The translations under genes and the position numbers were made by a program. Positions 38,400 to 52,626 of a DNA stretch of 64,000 nucleotides are shown here, piece by piece. Source of the DNA: Octopus sinensis (taxonomy: Eukaryota). Below the pieces are notes generated by a model. The model did not search any database, was not told the DNA's origin, and was given only the letters and a program-made list of their open reading frames with translations. The stretch's first letter is position 1. Every line of letters begins with the position of its first letter. The DNA lies in the NCBI RefSeq assembly GCF_006345805.1, contig NC_043016.1, positions 4,836,001-4,900,000 of the forward strand, read 5' to 3'.

Positions 38400-39715
38400 A
38401 ATTTTCCAGAGGCGATAACAACAACACCATTCCAACCAAACATGTTCCTGCTCTCCAGTACATAATTAATCCCTGTGGTCAAATTCACAGTGTTCTACAA
38501 GAAGAGACTCAATATTTCATACCAGCTAGAAAGTACCAAATATCAGGAGTTGATCAATGAGGCCCTTGTCAGGGGATAGCAAGTGGCCTCATTCTCTATT
38601 CAAGTTGGCTACCATTGCTTTCCAGCTATACTGCTGTACAATTTCCAACAAATGTTAGGTCTGGAACCATTACAGCTGAAGAAAGCCATCAAGGCAATAG
38701 GCACATCAGCTGAAACAAGCTCAAGGTGGCAATGGTTGATAAATGACTGCATGTGGAACCCTTTCACAGGTAAAGACTCTTTAAGTCCTTGCTGCCAGGC
38801 TAACAGGTGAAACGCTTGTGACTCTGAGATACCTGCTGAGGATAGGAAAACGTTTCCAGCATAGTAATGGATTTAGGAGAGCTTGCAAAATACTAACTGC
38901 TACTGCAGTTTCTGTGTGGAGCAAAGCATCTCAGATGTTTATTTCACCTATAATGTTGTGACCATGGGGAAAAGCCCTTTGGTGGCAGGGAAAAATCCAC
39001 TGAGTTGTGGTTCTTGCAGAAATTGTCAAGTGGACAGATGGGCTAAGGGTTAAGGATAACAAAGACCAGCTTCCACTGCCGTAAGGTATCAGATTCCTAA
39101 AGGAAGATGACAAGGCTCCAAAGAAGAAAGCAAAGACAAGGGGCCTATTTTCTATTTTGCATCCAACCTCAGACCGAGAAATGCAAGTGGACCTAAAGGG
39201 AAAGCTAGTCTTCTCCATGGAAATAGTGGTAACATCACTCTAACCAGACATGCTCCTGCTCTTCGGTACAAAACCAATAACCATGGTCAAACTCACAGTG
39301 ACTTGTAGGGACAGATTCAATATTTTCGACCAGCTAGAGAAAGTCAAATATCAGGACTTGATTGATAAAGCCCTTGTGAGGGGATGGCATGCAGCCTTAT
39401 TCCCTACCTTAGTTGATTGTCACTATTTCCTACAAATGAAAGGTGTGAAGCACAGACAGCTGAAAGCCATCAAGGTGATCAGCATATCCACTAAAGAAGA
39501 GCTCATAATGGCTATCGTTCATAAGAAGACCAGTTCAGTCATCCCCGTCCGGCTCAAGCGAAGTATATAAGCTAAGAGGCAAAACACGTGTAACTCTGTC
39601 TGAGGTTGCTGCTGATAATATAGAAGGGTTTTCACCATTGATATGGATTACAATGGATTTAGGAACATTTGCAAAGCATCTGAACAGCTCCTGCATCACA
39701 GATGTTTATTTCAAA
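38400..39715 (+). pseudogene. Two diverged head-to-tail 3' fragments of an RLE-type (Hero/NeSL-like) non-LTR retrotransposon
   Basis: QVDLKGKLVF..TSL*PDMLL..KLTV..KYQDLI..GW and PNMFLL..KYQELI..IQVG..FP..KKAIKAI..SSRWQW; similar 3' UTRs ending cagatgtttatttca. Confidence 0.8.
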
Positions 39716-40064
39716 ACACAAAAATTCCTTCTTGTAGAACCCTTGAATTTATTCCTGAAACTCTGAGAAACGCAGCTGCATATGATATTTTGTGTTAAAC
39801 CATATAATGAAAGATTATGATTTGCTTTATTTATCATTATAAAATCAATTAATTATGCATTTAGTTAACTTACTAAGTTCTTAAGATCGGTGTTTAACTT
39901 CTTGTTCTGTGAGAATTCAACCGTCAAATCAAAATATTTACTTGCATAATAAGGACACCTTCCTTTTCTTGTCTGAGATAGTGGCTGACATATGAAAATG
40001 TGCACTATGTATACCATTCAGTTTTATTATACATACATGTGTGTGTGTGTTGTGTCTGTATGTT

Positions 40065-40114
<50 letters not shown>

Positions 40115-40116
<2 letters not shown>

Positions 40117-41326
40117 TTTGGAAACAATAGTAGTTAAGAGGTGGTTCCACACTCCTCAAAACCCTTGAGGTCTCATACCGAGACTCCACTACTGGATGCA
40201 GTTTAAAGTTATAAATACATACATACATACATAATATACTCTTTTATTTGTTTCAGCCATGTGGCTGCAGTCATACTGAAGCAATATATATAATTAAGAT
40301 ATAAACTCAAATTAGGCAATCATACTCATACATTTATAAATTCAACCTAAAATGCATATATTAATACATATCAACACATATGAATATTTAAAAAAAAACT
40401 ATATATAAAATATAAATATATATATAAATATACATGAAATACATGTAAATAAAACCCATGTGGGATACATATGGAAGGAAGTGTGAGAAATAGAAGACTG
40501 ATAAAAAAGGAGTGAAAAAACTTGCTACAGAAGATAAGAGTGGTTAAGAATTAGATTAAAAGATCCATAGAGATTGGTGTATTTTTTTATATATATATAT
40601 ATATATGACTGGCTTTCTTGCTGGTGGCACGTAAAAAGCACCCACTACACTCACGGAGTGGTTGGCATTAGGAAGGGCATCCAGCTGTAGAAACACTGCC
40701 AGATCAGACTGGAGCCTGGTGCAGCCTCCTGGGTTCTCAGCTCCTGGTCGAACCGTCCAACCTGTGCTAGCATGGAAAACGGATGTTAAACGATGATGAT
40801 GATGATGATAAAGTACGCACTCTCCTGTTGTTAGATAACATATGAGTGTTCGACAATTTCTTACCGAACAACCACACACATGTGGTCCAGTCTGGAAATT
40901 GAAACCCATGATCTTGCAACACCTTAACCACCACGCCATGCCTATGTATGTGTATATTTATGTGTAGATGTTTTTATGTCTGTGTTTGTTCCCCCATCAT
41001 TGCTTGACAATCAGAGTTGGTGCGTGTATGTATCCGTAACTTAGCAGTTCAGCAAAAGAGTATGATAGAATAAGGACCTGGCTTAAGAGATAAGTCTTGG
41101 AGTCAATTTCTTTGACTAAAACCCTTCAAGGCAGTGCTCCAGCATGACCACATTCAAATGACTGAATAAAAGTATCAATGAGTATAGTACTTTTTCTATT
41201 GGTCTCATTTGCCAAACCACTAAGTTACAAGACATAAACACACCAACATCGGTTGTCAAGCAATGGTGGGGAGACAAACACAGACACACAAATACATACA
41301 TACATATATAAATATATAAATGTATA

Positions 41327-41359
<33 letters not shown>

Positions 41360-42569
41360 GGTTTGGAAACAATAGTAGTTAAGAGGTGGTTCCACACTCC
41401 TCAAAACCCTTGAGGTCTCATACCGAGACTCCACTACTGGATGCAGTTTAAAGTTATAAATACATACATACATACATAATATACTCTTTTATTTGTTTCA
41501 GCCATGTGGCTGCAGTCATACTGAAGCAATATATATAATTAAGATATAAACTCAAATTAGGCAATCATACTCATACATTATAAATTCAACCTAAAATGCA
41601 TATATTAATACATATCAACACATATGAATATTTAAAAAAAAACTATATATAAAATATAAATATATATATAATATACATGAAATACATGTAAATAAAACCC
41701 ATGTGGGATACATATGGAAGGAAGTGTGAGAAATAGAAGACTGATAAAAGAGGAGTGAAAAAACTTGCTACAGAAGATAAGAGTGGTTAAGAATTTAGAT
41801 TAAAAGATCCATAGAGATTGGTGTATTTTTTTATATATATATATATATATGACTGGCTTTCTTGCTGGTGGCACGTAAAAAGCACCCACTACACTCACGG
41901 AGTGGTTGGCATTAGGAAGGGCATCCAGCTGTAGAAACACTGCCAGATCAGACTGGAGCCTGGTGCAGCCTCCTGGGTTCTCAGCTCCTGGTCGAACCGT
42001 CCACCTGTGCTAGCATGGAAAACGGATGTTAAACGATGATGATGATGATGATAAAGTACGCACTCTCCTGTTGTTAGATAACATATGAGTGTTCGACAAT
42101 TTCTTACCGAACAACCACACACATGTGGTCCAGTCTGGAAATTGAAACCCATGATCTTGCAACACCTTAACCACCACGCCATGCCTATGTATGTGTATAT
42201 TTATGTGTAGATGTTTTTATGTCTGTGTTTGTTCCCCCATCATTGCTTGACAATCAGAGTTGGTGCGTGTATGTATCCGTAACTTAGCAGTTCAGCAAAA
42301 GAGTATGATAGAATAAGGACCTGGCTTAAGAGATAAGTCTTGGAGTCAATTTCTTTGACTAAAACCCTTCAAGGCAGTGCTCCAGCATGACCACATTCAA
42401 ATGACTGAATAAAAGTATCAATGAGTATAGTACTTTTTCTATTGGTCTCATTTGCCAAACCACTAAGTTACAAGACATAAACACACCAACATCGGTTGTC
42501 AAGCAATGGTGGGGAGACAAACACAGACACACAAATACATACATACATATATAAATATATAAATGTATA

Positions 42570-42604
<35 letters not shown>
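40115..42604 (+). repeat. Tandem duplication, two units of about 1245 bp bounded by (TA)n
   Basis: 40115-41359 and 41360-42604 are nearly identical. Confidence 0.95.
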
Positions 42605-42609
<5 letters not shown>

Positions 42610-42618
42610 ACACACACA

Positions 42619-42661
<43 letters not shown>

Positions 42662-42815
42662 GATAGGTTCTTTCAGTTTCCATCTACCAGCACCACTGAC
42701 AAGGCTTTGGTTGAATCGAGGCTATAGTAGAAATCACTTGCCCAAGGTGTGATGCAGTGGGACTGAACCCAGAACCATGTGCTTGGGAAGCAAGCTTCTT
42801 ACCACACAGCCACTC
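42435..42815 (-). mobile_element. Family A SINE, diverged
   Basis: Tail, internal microsatellite and head ..cttaccacacagccact. Confidence 0.8.
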
Positions 42816-43515
42816 TTGTGCCTACGTTAATGTATATTAAATGACCGGCTTGTAAACTGTGTCTGTACTACAGAAGTTATCCAGACCCTTTTTTTATTTT
42901 ACTATACACGGTGTGTTTATGGATAAATAAAGAAAGGAACCAAACCAATGTTGATGATGATTCTAACAAAAATCAAAATATTCTTACAACTGTTCCCTCC
43001 ATGTTGATGAATTATCTACACTGATTGTAACGCACACTGTTAAATAATAAAACCTATAGATACCGATTTTACATCTGTCTTACCATACTTGCATGGGTTA
43101 GGGGATTATGTTACTGAGGCATTACTCTATGGTCTGATGCCCTTCCTGTCATTAACTTTTACCTACTTTTCAGATAAAAGACCTCTAATTCAATACAGCA
43201 TTAAGGACCCAATGCAAGTGATAAGCACACACACACGCACACTTACACACACACCCACATTTAGGTGCCAGTGGCATTTAAAATGCACCATTTGGGTGTG
43301 GTCGATGCCAGTGCTGCCTGACCAGCCCCTGTGCCAGTGGCACGTAAAGATCATCCACCACACTCTTGGAGTGGTTGGTGTTAGGAAAGGCATCCAGCTG
43401 TAGAAACATTTTGAGATCAGATTGGAGCCTGGTGCAGCCACTGGCTCTCCAGACCTCAGTCAAACCATCCAACCCATACCAGCATGGAAAGCAGATGGTA
43501 AGCGATGATGATGTA

Positions 43516-43865
43516 GGTTTGGCTGTGTGGTAAGAAGTTGGCTTCTCAACCACATGGTTCCAGGTTCAGTCCCAGTGCGTGGCACCTCAGGCAAGTGTCT
43601 TTTACTATAACCTCAGGCTGACCAAAGCCTTGTGAGTGGATTTGGTAGATAGAAACTGAAAGAAGCTCATCATATATATATATACGATGTATTTATGTGT
43701 GTGTGTGTCTTTGTGTCTGTGTTTGTCCCTGTAACTTAGTAGTTCAGTAAAAGAGTTTGATAGAATAATTACCAGGTTTACAAAGAATAAGTCCTGGGGG
43801 TGTATTTCTTCAAGTAAAGGGCAGTGTCCCAGCATAGCCACAGTCAAATGACTGAAACAAATAAA
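43516..43865 (+). mobile_element. Family A SINE
   Basis: Head tggctgtgtggtaagaag..ggttcagtccc; tail aatgactgaaacaaataaaag. Confidence 0.8.
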
Positions 43866-45290
43866 AGAATTTATATATATCTATATCTATATTTATATCT
43901 ATCTATCTATCCATATATATATATATATATACATACACACATACACACAACAGTTTTTTCTCAGCTTCTTCTGTCTCCCAGATCCACTTACAAGGTTTTA
44001 GTCTGCCTGGGACAGCTACACAGTAGAACTCAACCCAAAAGGAAATTTCTTTACTGCACAGCTATGCATGCCTCTGTATAATACATACATACATCCCCAC
44101 ATATATAGATCTCTTCATACATACAAATAGACAGACATAAAAACATATACATACACACATAGTCACTGGAAACTAGTAACGGTTGACCTTGCCAAAAATG
44201 GAAAACAGAAAGAAAATATAAGCTAATAGAATTTGTTAAAGGAGATAAGTTTTATGTGGCAAGAAGGAGAGGTAGGTTCTGACATTTTAAGCAGGAATCT
44301 TTTTTATTAGATTTAGCTAATGTTTACTAATATTATTAATTCATTGTAAACATGGTGGCTTTACATTAATTAAGATATTTCTGAATCTTTTGCCCTGAAG
44401 AAACTGCTGTTGATTCCTTTTTATAGCTTTATCCAGATGAAACCTTAAGTACTCACAGATGGATTGTGAAGATAGAGAGATATTGAGGAAGCACCGAAAA
44501 AATAGCTGAAAGCTGTTATGGGGAAATGAGGGGGGGGTGAATGTTTAAAGTGTAACACTCCAATTAGACATATATCAAGCTACAACTGCCTACAGGAGCA
44601 AGACATACCAAATGAAAACCATATTTCCTTATAAATTTCTTTGAAAGATATTCCACTTAGATTCCAAACATCCTATTTATCGATATATTCCCAGAATTCT
44701 TAATGCATATGAAATTCCTGCAAATGGCCAATGTTTGGTTATCTCTGTTGAAACTGTTTTCTTTTGATACATGAATATTTTTTTCTTTGGAATTTAGACA
44801 AAGAATGAAGATAAGGTCTGAGCAAGCTGACAACCACTACTAACACTACTTTCAACAAATCTTTATTTCAGGGAAATACAATGCATTTAGTCTTTCTGGA
44901 TTTTCTTAGAATGAGCAATCAGGATAAGTTTGAATATTCATAAGATTCCTGTGAATGTGTGGTGCTTAGACAGCCTTGAAGTAACAGTTCTATTTACAGA
45001 CCACCATATTCTTTTAAATTTTACATTTTTATACTTTTGAAGACTTAAGTAAAATTATGATTTTATAACAAATTCTAATGTTTGATGTTCAAATAATTAA
45101 TGATCTCAAAAGAAAGGAAAATGGAAAGACACAAACTGTGTGGTATCAAAAAAGAATGGATACTCAGTATTTCAATGGAATACATATATACATACACATG
45201 CACAAATGCATACATACATCCATACATACATACATACATACATACATACATACATACATACATACAAACATACATAAATACATATGTACA

Positions 45291-45322
<32 letters not shown>

Positions 45323-45363
45323 CACATACATAAATACATATGTACATACATACATACATACAT

Positions 45364-45394
<31 letters not shown>

Positions 45395-45639
45395 TAAATA
45401 CATACATACATACATACATACATACATACATACATACTTACATACATACATACATACACACATACATACATACATAAATACATATGTACATACATACATA
45501 CATACACACATACATACATACATACATACATACATACATACATACATACATACATACATACATACATCCATCCATACACACATACATACATACATACATT
45601 CATACATCCATCCATCCATCCATCCATACATACATAGAT

Positions 45640-46135
45640 TGTGGCTGCCCCCTCGTTATCGAGTATGGCCATTACACGAAGCTTAATCAATGTTATCGTG
45701 CAATGCCTGTGCAAGAAGATCCTTTTTTAAAGTGAGGAAAGGCTGTGCACTGAGTCAATCCCACTCACTAAGCAACAGCAGCCATAATCCGAAAAGAAGA
45801 ACAAGTCAACATCATCGGTAACCACTGAGCCACAGGTTTTATGTCGGAGTTATCCCAGTTTCCTGATTTACCTTCTCCTAGAAGGATGCCCTAACAAAGG
45901 CCAGGAGTCCTTCACTCCCAATGGTTTAACCGCGCGATTGGGTATTCAGTCCGATTATTTCTATGTCCCCGTGCATGACACAGCCTTAAGACATTTATTG
46001 GATGGCCGTTGACTCTCAAGAGTTCCTCTGCCCTTTGACGGGTTTTGTTTTTCATCCCGCAGGGTGTCCAATAAACACCCTCCTCACCAAGCAAGCTTGG
46101 TTGGGTTGCCGGTTTAGTCGCCGACGACTCGACCA
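45640..46135 (-). mobile_element. Probable RTE-type LINE 5' region fragment
   Basis: GC-richer island between TACA arrays with accttctcctag and tttagtcgcc motifs resembling RTE 5' UTRs (recalled similarity, not aligned). Confidence 0.4.
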
Positions 46136-46264
46136 TGTATACATACATACACACATACACACATACATACACACATACATACATACACACACATACATAC
46201 ATACACACACACATACATACATATATGCATACATATATGCATTCACACATACATACACACATAC

Positions 46265-46295
<31 letters not shown>

Positions 46296-46323
46296 TACAT
46301 ACATACATACATACATACATACA

Positions 46324-46354
<31 letters not shown>

Positions 46355-46817
46355 GATACGCACCAACCCATCTGGAGCAAAGTATGGTTGAAGTTGGGAT
46401 CTTGGGGAGAGAATACAAATCCTTAATTCATATGCTACGAATGATCATGATATCTGGGGCTGTAAAAACATGCAAGGCCTTCTTAAGATCTAAAGGATGA
46501 TCGTTAAAACAAGGTGCTTTCCTTTACAAGCTTGCTGCAAAGTAGGTGGTCAGTCGAAATTTGCTGTAGAGTTCAAAAGAGAAAGAAAATAACATACATA
46601 CATACATACCAGAAAAGAAATCATTGTTAGATCTGGCATTAAGAATCTATTCACATTTCGAGCAACACAAATAAATTTACAGAGATGTACTTGCATGGCG
46701 AGTGACTTGATCTGAGATCGTGTGCTGGAATGAAAACAATTGCAGTGTGGAAGGTGTTTATAAGCCATTTAAGAAACACACAAAAACCGTTAGATTCACT
46801 TCAACATTTAAATTTAA

Positions 46818-46868
46818 TTTGTCAAAATATTTTCGTCGCTGTCAGACCGCGACCTGTTCACTGACAAA
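46818..46868 (-). ncRNA. Minimal type I hammerhead motif with swapped G3-C8 pair (GTGAACA core)
   Basis: TTTGTCA-GTGAACA-G-GTCGC(ggtctgaca)GCGAC-GAA-AAT|ATT-T-TGACAAA: stem I 7 bp, stem II 5 bp, palindromic stem III. Confidence 0.7.
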
Positions 46869-47084
46869 ACTTCGTTGCTGCATCTCAAAGATAATTGTCC
46901 AAATAGAACAAAGAAAGAGAAACAAATTATTAATGACCTTTTTTTTTTTTCTACACCAGTAAGTCAAAGAAAGCTAGAACCTACAACCTTCTTGACCAGT
47001 AAGCTCGATATGCAAAAAACAACCACTTTGAACTCTACCAACTAATAATACCTGTTGGAAAATATTCAAGGCTTAGCTTCAATG

Positions 47085-47470
47085 TTTGACTAACTGACTG
47101 ACTGACTTGACTTGCATTCACCCGGGGTGGGTTGAGCTGGCTTTATTCACCCTCAATGCTGCATCTCTGACAAACGCTGACCAGGCCTGGTGATTTGAGG
47201 CTAACGACCGCGTGATCTCCAACCACTCCTTATTCCAGCGGCGAACGCCATAGATATGGGGTCCTAGGTTGGGTTTCAGATCAGCCTTGACTGTCATCAG
47301 TCAGGTTTTTCGTTGTCCACCACATCGCTTTCGCCAACCCTGAAGGGGAGCTGGGGCAATTGCTTCGTAGATGAATTCTCCTGGTTGACGACGGAGGGCA
47401 TGACCCAGCCAACGCAGACGTCTCATTGGCTGGGTCATGATCCTTCAAATATTTCTCTTCAATGTTTGAA
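47085..47470 (-). pseudogene. RTE-clade LINE 3' end
   Basis: TTVKADLKPNLGPHIYGVRRWNKEWLEITRSLASNHQAWSAFVRDA..STHPG* (stop 47118-47120), followed by an (AGTC)n tail. Confidence 0.8.
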
Positions 47471-47951
47471 ACAAATTGGGTTCTGCTTAAAGTGTTCAGT
47501 GATAATGTATTGTTGTTTAACTGTAAATCAGATTTGATCATAATCAAAGACTTTCCTCATAGACTCTCTTATCTTTATTTAGATATAGCGCATGTGAGAT
47601 TACTTGATGTAAGACATCCTTCCTTATTTCAGACAGTAGAGGTGGCTGTCCATATTTTTACATCAGATTACCCTTCTCTTTAGAAATCGGATCTATGTTA
47701 GGTGTTTAGCTTTCTAAGAGTGTCCAAAGATGAACAAATCCACAAGATCAGTTACTCCCCAGGGACCAATCGCAACTCCCCACGGACCAATCTTCCTTTC
47801 TAACACTGTAGGAATTATAATATAGCAATAACTTTCAGGCATTTATCAATATTGTAATAGTGACCTACCTTGATCAATAACAACCACCTTAATCATCATC
47901 ATCATCATCACCACCATCACCATCACCATCACCACCACCATCATCATCATT

Positions 47952-47994
<43 letters not shown>

Positions 47995-48259
47995 CCATCA
48001 TCATCATCATCGTTTAACGTCCGTTTTCCATGCTGGCATAGGTTAGACGGTTTAACAGGAACTGGGCAGCTAGAGAGCTGTCCTGGGTTGAATTGTTTGT
48101 TTTGGCATGGTTTCTACTGCTATATGCCCCTCTTAATGCCAACATCAGACACAAAAAGATTTCCATTTATAAAAAGCTTCTGAAAGATCTCGAACATGCT
48201 CTACACTGATGTAAAACATTAAGTAAAACCGTAGGAAATTATTCATTGTTAATTATATA

Positions 48260-48550
48260 TATAAACTCTGGAGCATCGCCTTTAGTCGAACAAATCGACC
48301 CCATGACATTCTTTCTAAGCCAAGAATTTATTCTATCGGTCTCTTTTGGCAAACCACTAAATTACGGGGACTTAAACACACCAACACCGGTTGTCAAGCG
48401 ATGGTAGGGGTTACAAACACAGACGCACAAATACATACATACATATATATACGACTCGCTTCTTTCAGTTTCCGTCTACCAAATCCACTCACAAGGCTTT
48501 GGTTGGCCCGTGGCTATAGACAGTTGCTGAACCCACACAGCCACACCTGT
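48260..48550 (-). mobile_element. Family A SINE, partial
   Basis: Tail plus body homology. Confidence 0.75.
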
Positions 48551-48859
48551 GCATATTTCTGATTAAGTTCCATCAATAGACAGTGATTATATTGGGGCTC
48601 TCGCGCGCGCACACAATTTTTTTTTCCCTACCCGGGTGGGTTTGACGAATATCCCTCATCACAACGTACCGCCACTAGCTGCGGTCTTTGACGTTTTCGT
48701 CGAGAAGTTGAATCGCCTGAAAGCAGCTTTTACTACTACTTCTAGCCGTGACTTCTGTCTTCCACTTGAATTTTTTTCCACTCATTATCCGTCTTACAAC
48801 TTACGTATCACATGGCTGGAATAGCGCAGTTCTTTCTTTTGCCCACTAACCGTGGTGTC

Positions 48860-49147
48860 GGGGGGGACCCCCTTCGGTCACGACACTGACCATGGGATTG
48901 CTTGCACCTAGAAAGTTACCCTCCTAGTCACAAGTCTGGGCAAGGTTGTTTATGGAAGACCAGCAGTCGCCCATGCATACTGGCCTCCCCCTCTCCACGC
49001 CAACAGCCGATACAGCTTGGCACCCGTCACGTCGCAACTCATTTCTACAGCTGAGTTAACACAACACACAGCCTGGTCCGGGATTCGAGCTCACAACCTC
49101 ACGAAAGTAAGCTCGACGCTCTAACCATTGAGCCATGCGCCTTCACC
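48860..49147 (-). mobile_element. tRNA-headed SINE-like repeat
   Basis: Minus-strand head ggtgaaggcgcatggctcaatggttagagcg..gagctcgaatccc (A and B boxes). Confidence 0.65.
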
Positions 49148-49189
49148 ATGGTGTAGCGTGGAATATACGTAAAAGTTTCAACGTATCCC

Positions 49190-49965
49190 GCTGTAGTTGA
49201 GTCTATGAAGTTCAATGGAAGGGACGGCCACACAGGGTGGCGATATTGCCAAACTACTGTCCAAGCATCTAATTCCTCTCATACCATGTCTTTCTTTTAG
49301 CTTCTTCACGCTAAGTTCTTTATACAAACTGACATCACGCAATCAGTGAAGCGTGCTCATCACATTTCTCTCCAGTCTTCACACATGTTATGCATTCAAT
49401 GCCTGCGTTTCGTAGATATGTAATACTGCACTGCCTATAATCAGCCTTTTACTCTCGAAGGAAAAATGTTTGTGTTGTCAATAGAAGTAATCATTCTGTT
49501 TTTGCTTTTTATGTTTTTTTTTTGTTGTTTTTTTTGTTTTTAATCTTTTAGCTTTTGGCTCTTTAACTTTGGAAATATTTACCGCTGCTCTGAAATAGGT
49601 TATGTGAGTAAAAATATCAGCTACTTCCAGGGAGAATTCCGAATATTTTTAAGAATCTATATCCCAGGTGCTCTTGCTCTAACCATTTCTCCGAATCTGC
49701 TATATACGAAGTAAGCCTTTCCTCTCTGTCTGCCTGCCTGTAATTCCAGTACACATGTTTATATTGCGTTCACCACATGGAATTCCTTGCTCTTTTCCAG
49801 ATGGTAGCACAATCCTCTTTTCTTTTTAATGTATCGTTCTCCTTTGCTTGGTTTACTTTAAGACACTTTGATTCTGGGCTTTGTACGTCCAGAATATATT
49901 CTTTAAATCTTCGACACTTTTAGCCATAAGAGCTTGGCTATTATATCAGGAGTTACCATGGACAA
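49190..49965 (-). pseudogene. RTE-clade RT fragment
   Basis: PW*LL..ALMAKSVEDLK (LLYADDL region), LEVADIF.. and RVKG*L..YETQALNA..RLERN motifs. Confidence 0.65.
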
Positions 49966-51501
49966 CCAGTATTATAAATACCTAGACTATATCTATATCC
50001 ATCTACCTGTGTTGCTCTCCTTCTCTCTCTCTCTCTCTCTCACCCTTTCTCTTTTATTTCTCTTGCATACATATACATACTCAAACTCAACGTGAAACGG
50101 GGTTACTTAGAACAGTTTTAGACTTCTTATTGCAATAATTTCATGACCTTTTTTTCAATCTTAACTAAATTTGAATATGTTAGGGGAACTAAATAGGTAA
50201 ACTGATATATGAAATAAAAATAAGTTGCAGTTAATATTTGATTACTTTTCTTTATATAATTGTCGCTGTTCAAAGAAATCCCTGATTTGAGGTTACTTTA
50301 AACAGTAATGATTTTTATTAACAAATACAAAAGAAAAGTCAATGAACAACTTTAAGCACTAAAGAAAATGTCACACAGTTATCACTAAGTCACATTTTAT
50401 ATTCCCCCATTCTTGTTCAAGGTCAGGGAATCGATAGAAACCCCTGTTGTTCAGTAGAATATCTTTCGTTTTCATTTCTACCACATCTTCACAGTCGTAG
50501 ACGAGTTTATTCTCCTTCAGCGGCCACCTCCACCCTATCTTTTTACATTTTATCAATGATGACACAAGCGCTCCATCACTTCCTACCTCGCAATGACAAG
50601 GTTTCCAACAAGACTACTTTTGTCTTTCTGTGTTTTTTCTGCTCTCGCCATGTCTGACAACTGGAACTTAATTGATCGACCCCGAAAGGATGAAAGGCAA
50701 AGTCAACCTCAGCGGAATTTGAACTCAGAATGTAAAGACAGACGAAATATTGCTGAGCATTTCGCCCGGCTTGCTAACGTTTCTGCCAGCTCACCGCCTT
50801 GATCACTCGGTTATATTGTTGCACGAATCCGTATAGCCATTGATCATGACTTTTACATACTTTGGAAATGTCTTGAAAGTGTGTATAATGTCGCCACTTA
50901 GAATGTAATACTCTATAATAACCATGAAATTATGTTGACTTAATATACGTGTACAGTACATCACTGAGGAAGTAAACATCGAGTAATAGAAGACAGTTTT
51001 CAAATGAATTTTAAGTTGGAAGTGCTGCGGTGATGTGTGTTACAGTTTCTCTTGTTTGCTGTTGTAATAAACTGCTTCACGAAAGAAACAATCGACAAAG
51101 AAGAGGAAAAAAAACTGAATGGATCAATGGAAAATATTTTGAAGGATTGTATTATGCAGATATTAGTTTGCTTAGTAATGAAGCGTCAAAACTTTAAAGG
51201 ATGATATGCAAATTTGATAAAATAGTCATCGATATTCGCTTAAAGATAAACACCAATGAAATTAAAATTATGAAAATAAGAAATTCGTCATCGCTTGCGC
51301 ACATATTACAAGCGCCAAATAACTATAATCATTTTGAAAACACTCACAAGCGCACACACTTATACACAAAAACATACACATATTCATATAGCTACACACA
51401 CACACATCATCTATATATGTAATATCTATATCTGTAATATAAGCATATGAATTGTGTGTGTGTTCGCGCGTGTGTGTATATATATATGTATATATATAAA
51501 T

Positions 51502-52626
51502 GTAGTTTTAGAGACAGAACCACCTTCAACTCAAGACTGAAAGTTTTTATACCCGACCACTCCATAAAATGTTAAATATTAAATCTTATACTAACTCTAT
51601 TCTGAATCCCGTATTTTCTGTTTATAAGACTACACGTGTTTCATGAAAGTACGTTGGTGTTGATTAGATACGAGGTTTCTAGTTTCAATACTTAATCGAG
51701 TTGATATACTCCCAATCTTCAGGTCTGGAATCCTCAACATTTTTTACTACCCATACCTATTATATACCTCCATGATACTCTATATCTTTAATATAATCTT
51801 CCTTACCATATACAAATGAATAGAAATACAAATAATACCAAAAAAAAATAATAACTGAATATCAAATATTTAAGGAATAAACATTTAAGGAAAAAAATTA
51901 AAGAGAAAAAATACGAGTAAAAATTACGAATAAAAGTTACAAATAACGAATAAAAAATTGCGAATAAACAATTACGAAATAAAAATAGAATAATAAGGAA
52001 ATAAAAATAGAGACGAAAATAAAACGAATGTTTCCTCGGCGAAAATTAGACAACGCTACAAATAAGGTGAAATCCGCGTTTGATAATACCTATGTATAGG
52101 AGGTAATAAAGGTCAGAAAGTTCTACTGGTGTATCTATTGCTTTATATAGTACTGTCAGTGGAACCGGAAATGCATGCATGACGGGAACAAGCTACTTTT
52201 ATCGTTGTTTATTTTATTCAATCTATGCATTATCGCAAACAACCAATCTAGTAAGTTAACTTTAGATTCTCAATTCGAATATTCTAGGGATGTACAAGAG
52301 TTACGTTTTATATTATTTGATATCTATTATTTATATTATTATTCTTAAGTATTTGACGTTACATTTAAACTAAATTTCAAAATTCAAATTCACAATTACA
52401 GTTGTGTAACGTATGTCGACCCGATTAAGTATTGAAACTAGATACCTCGTATCTAACCAATACCAACGTACTTTCATGAAACACGTGTAGTCTGATAAAC
52501 GGAAAATACGGGATTCAGAATAGATAGAGTTAGTATAAGATTTAATTCTTAACATTTTATGGAGTGGTCGGGTATAAAATCTTTCAGAGTTGATTGAGTT
52601 GAAGGTGGTTCTGTCTCTAAAACTAC
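51502..52626. mobile_element. Foldback-like element, about 210-bp inverted arms around a 700-bp A-rich spacer
   Basis: 51502-51709 and 52411-52626 are reverse complements with scattered mismatches. Confidence 0.75.

Noticed and set aside
44457-44579. 123-nt open minus-strand segment with AG/GTGAGT boundaries
   Set aside because: Phase 0-0 does not chain with the other candidates, the acceptor is weak, and no protein is recognisable; unsupported without RNA data.
50371-50600. Short ORF ..KIGWRWPLKENKLVYDCEDVV..
   Set aside because: Resembles C-termini of transposon-encoded proteins, but I cannot assign a family or show it is a host exon.
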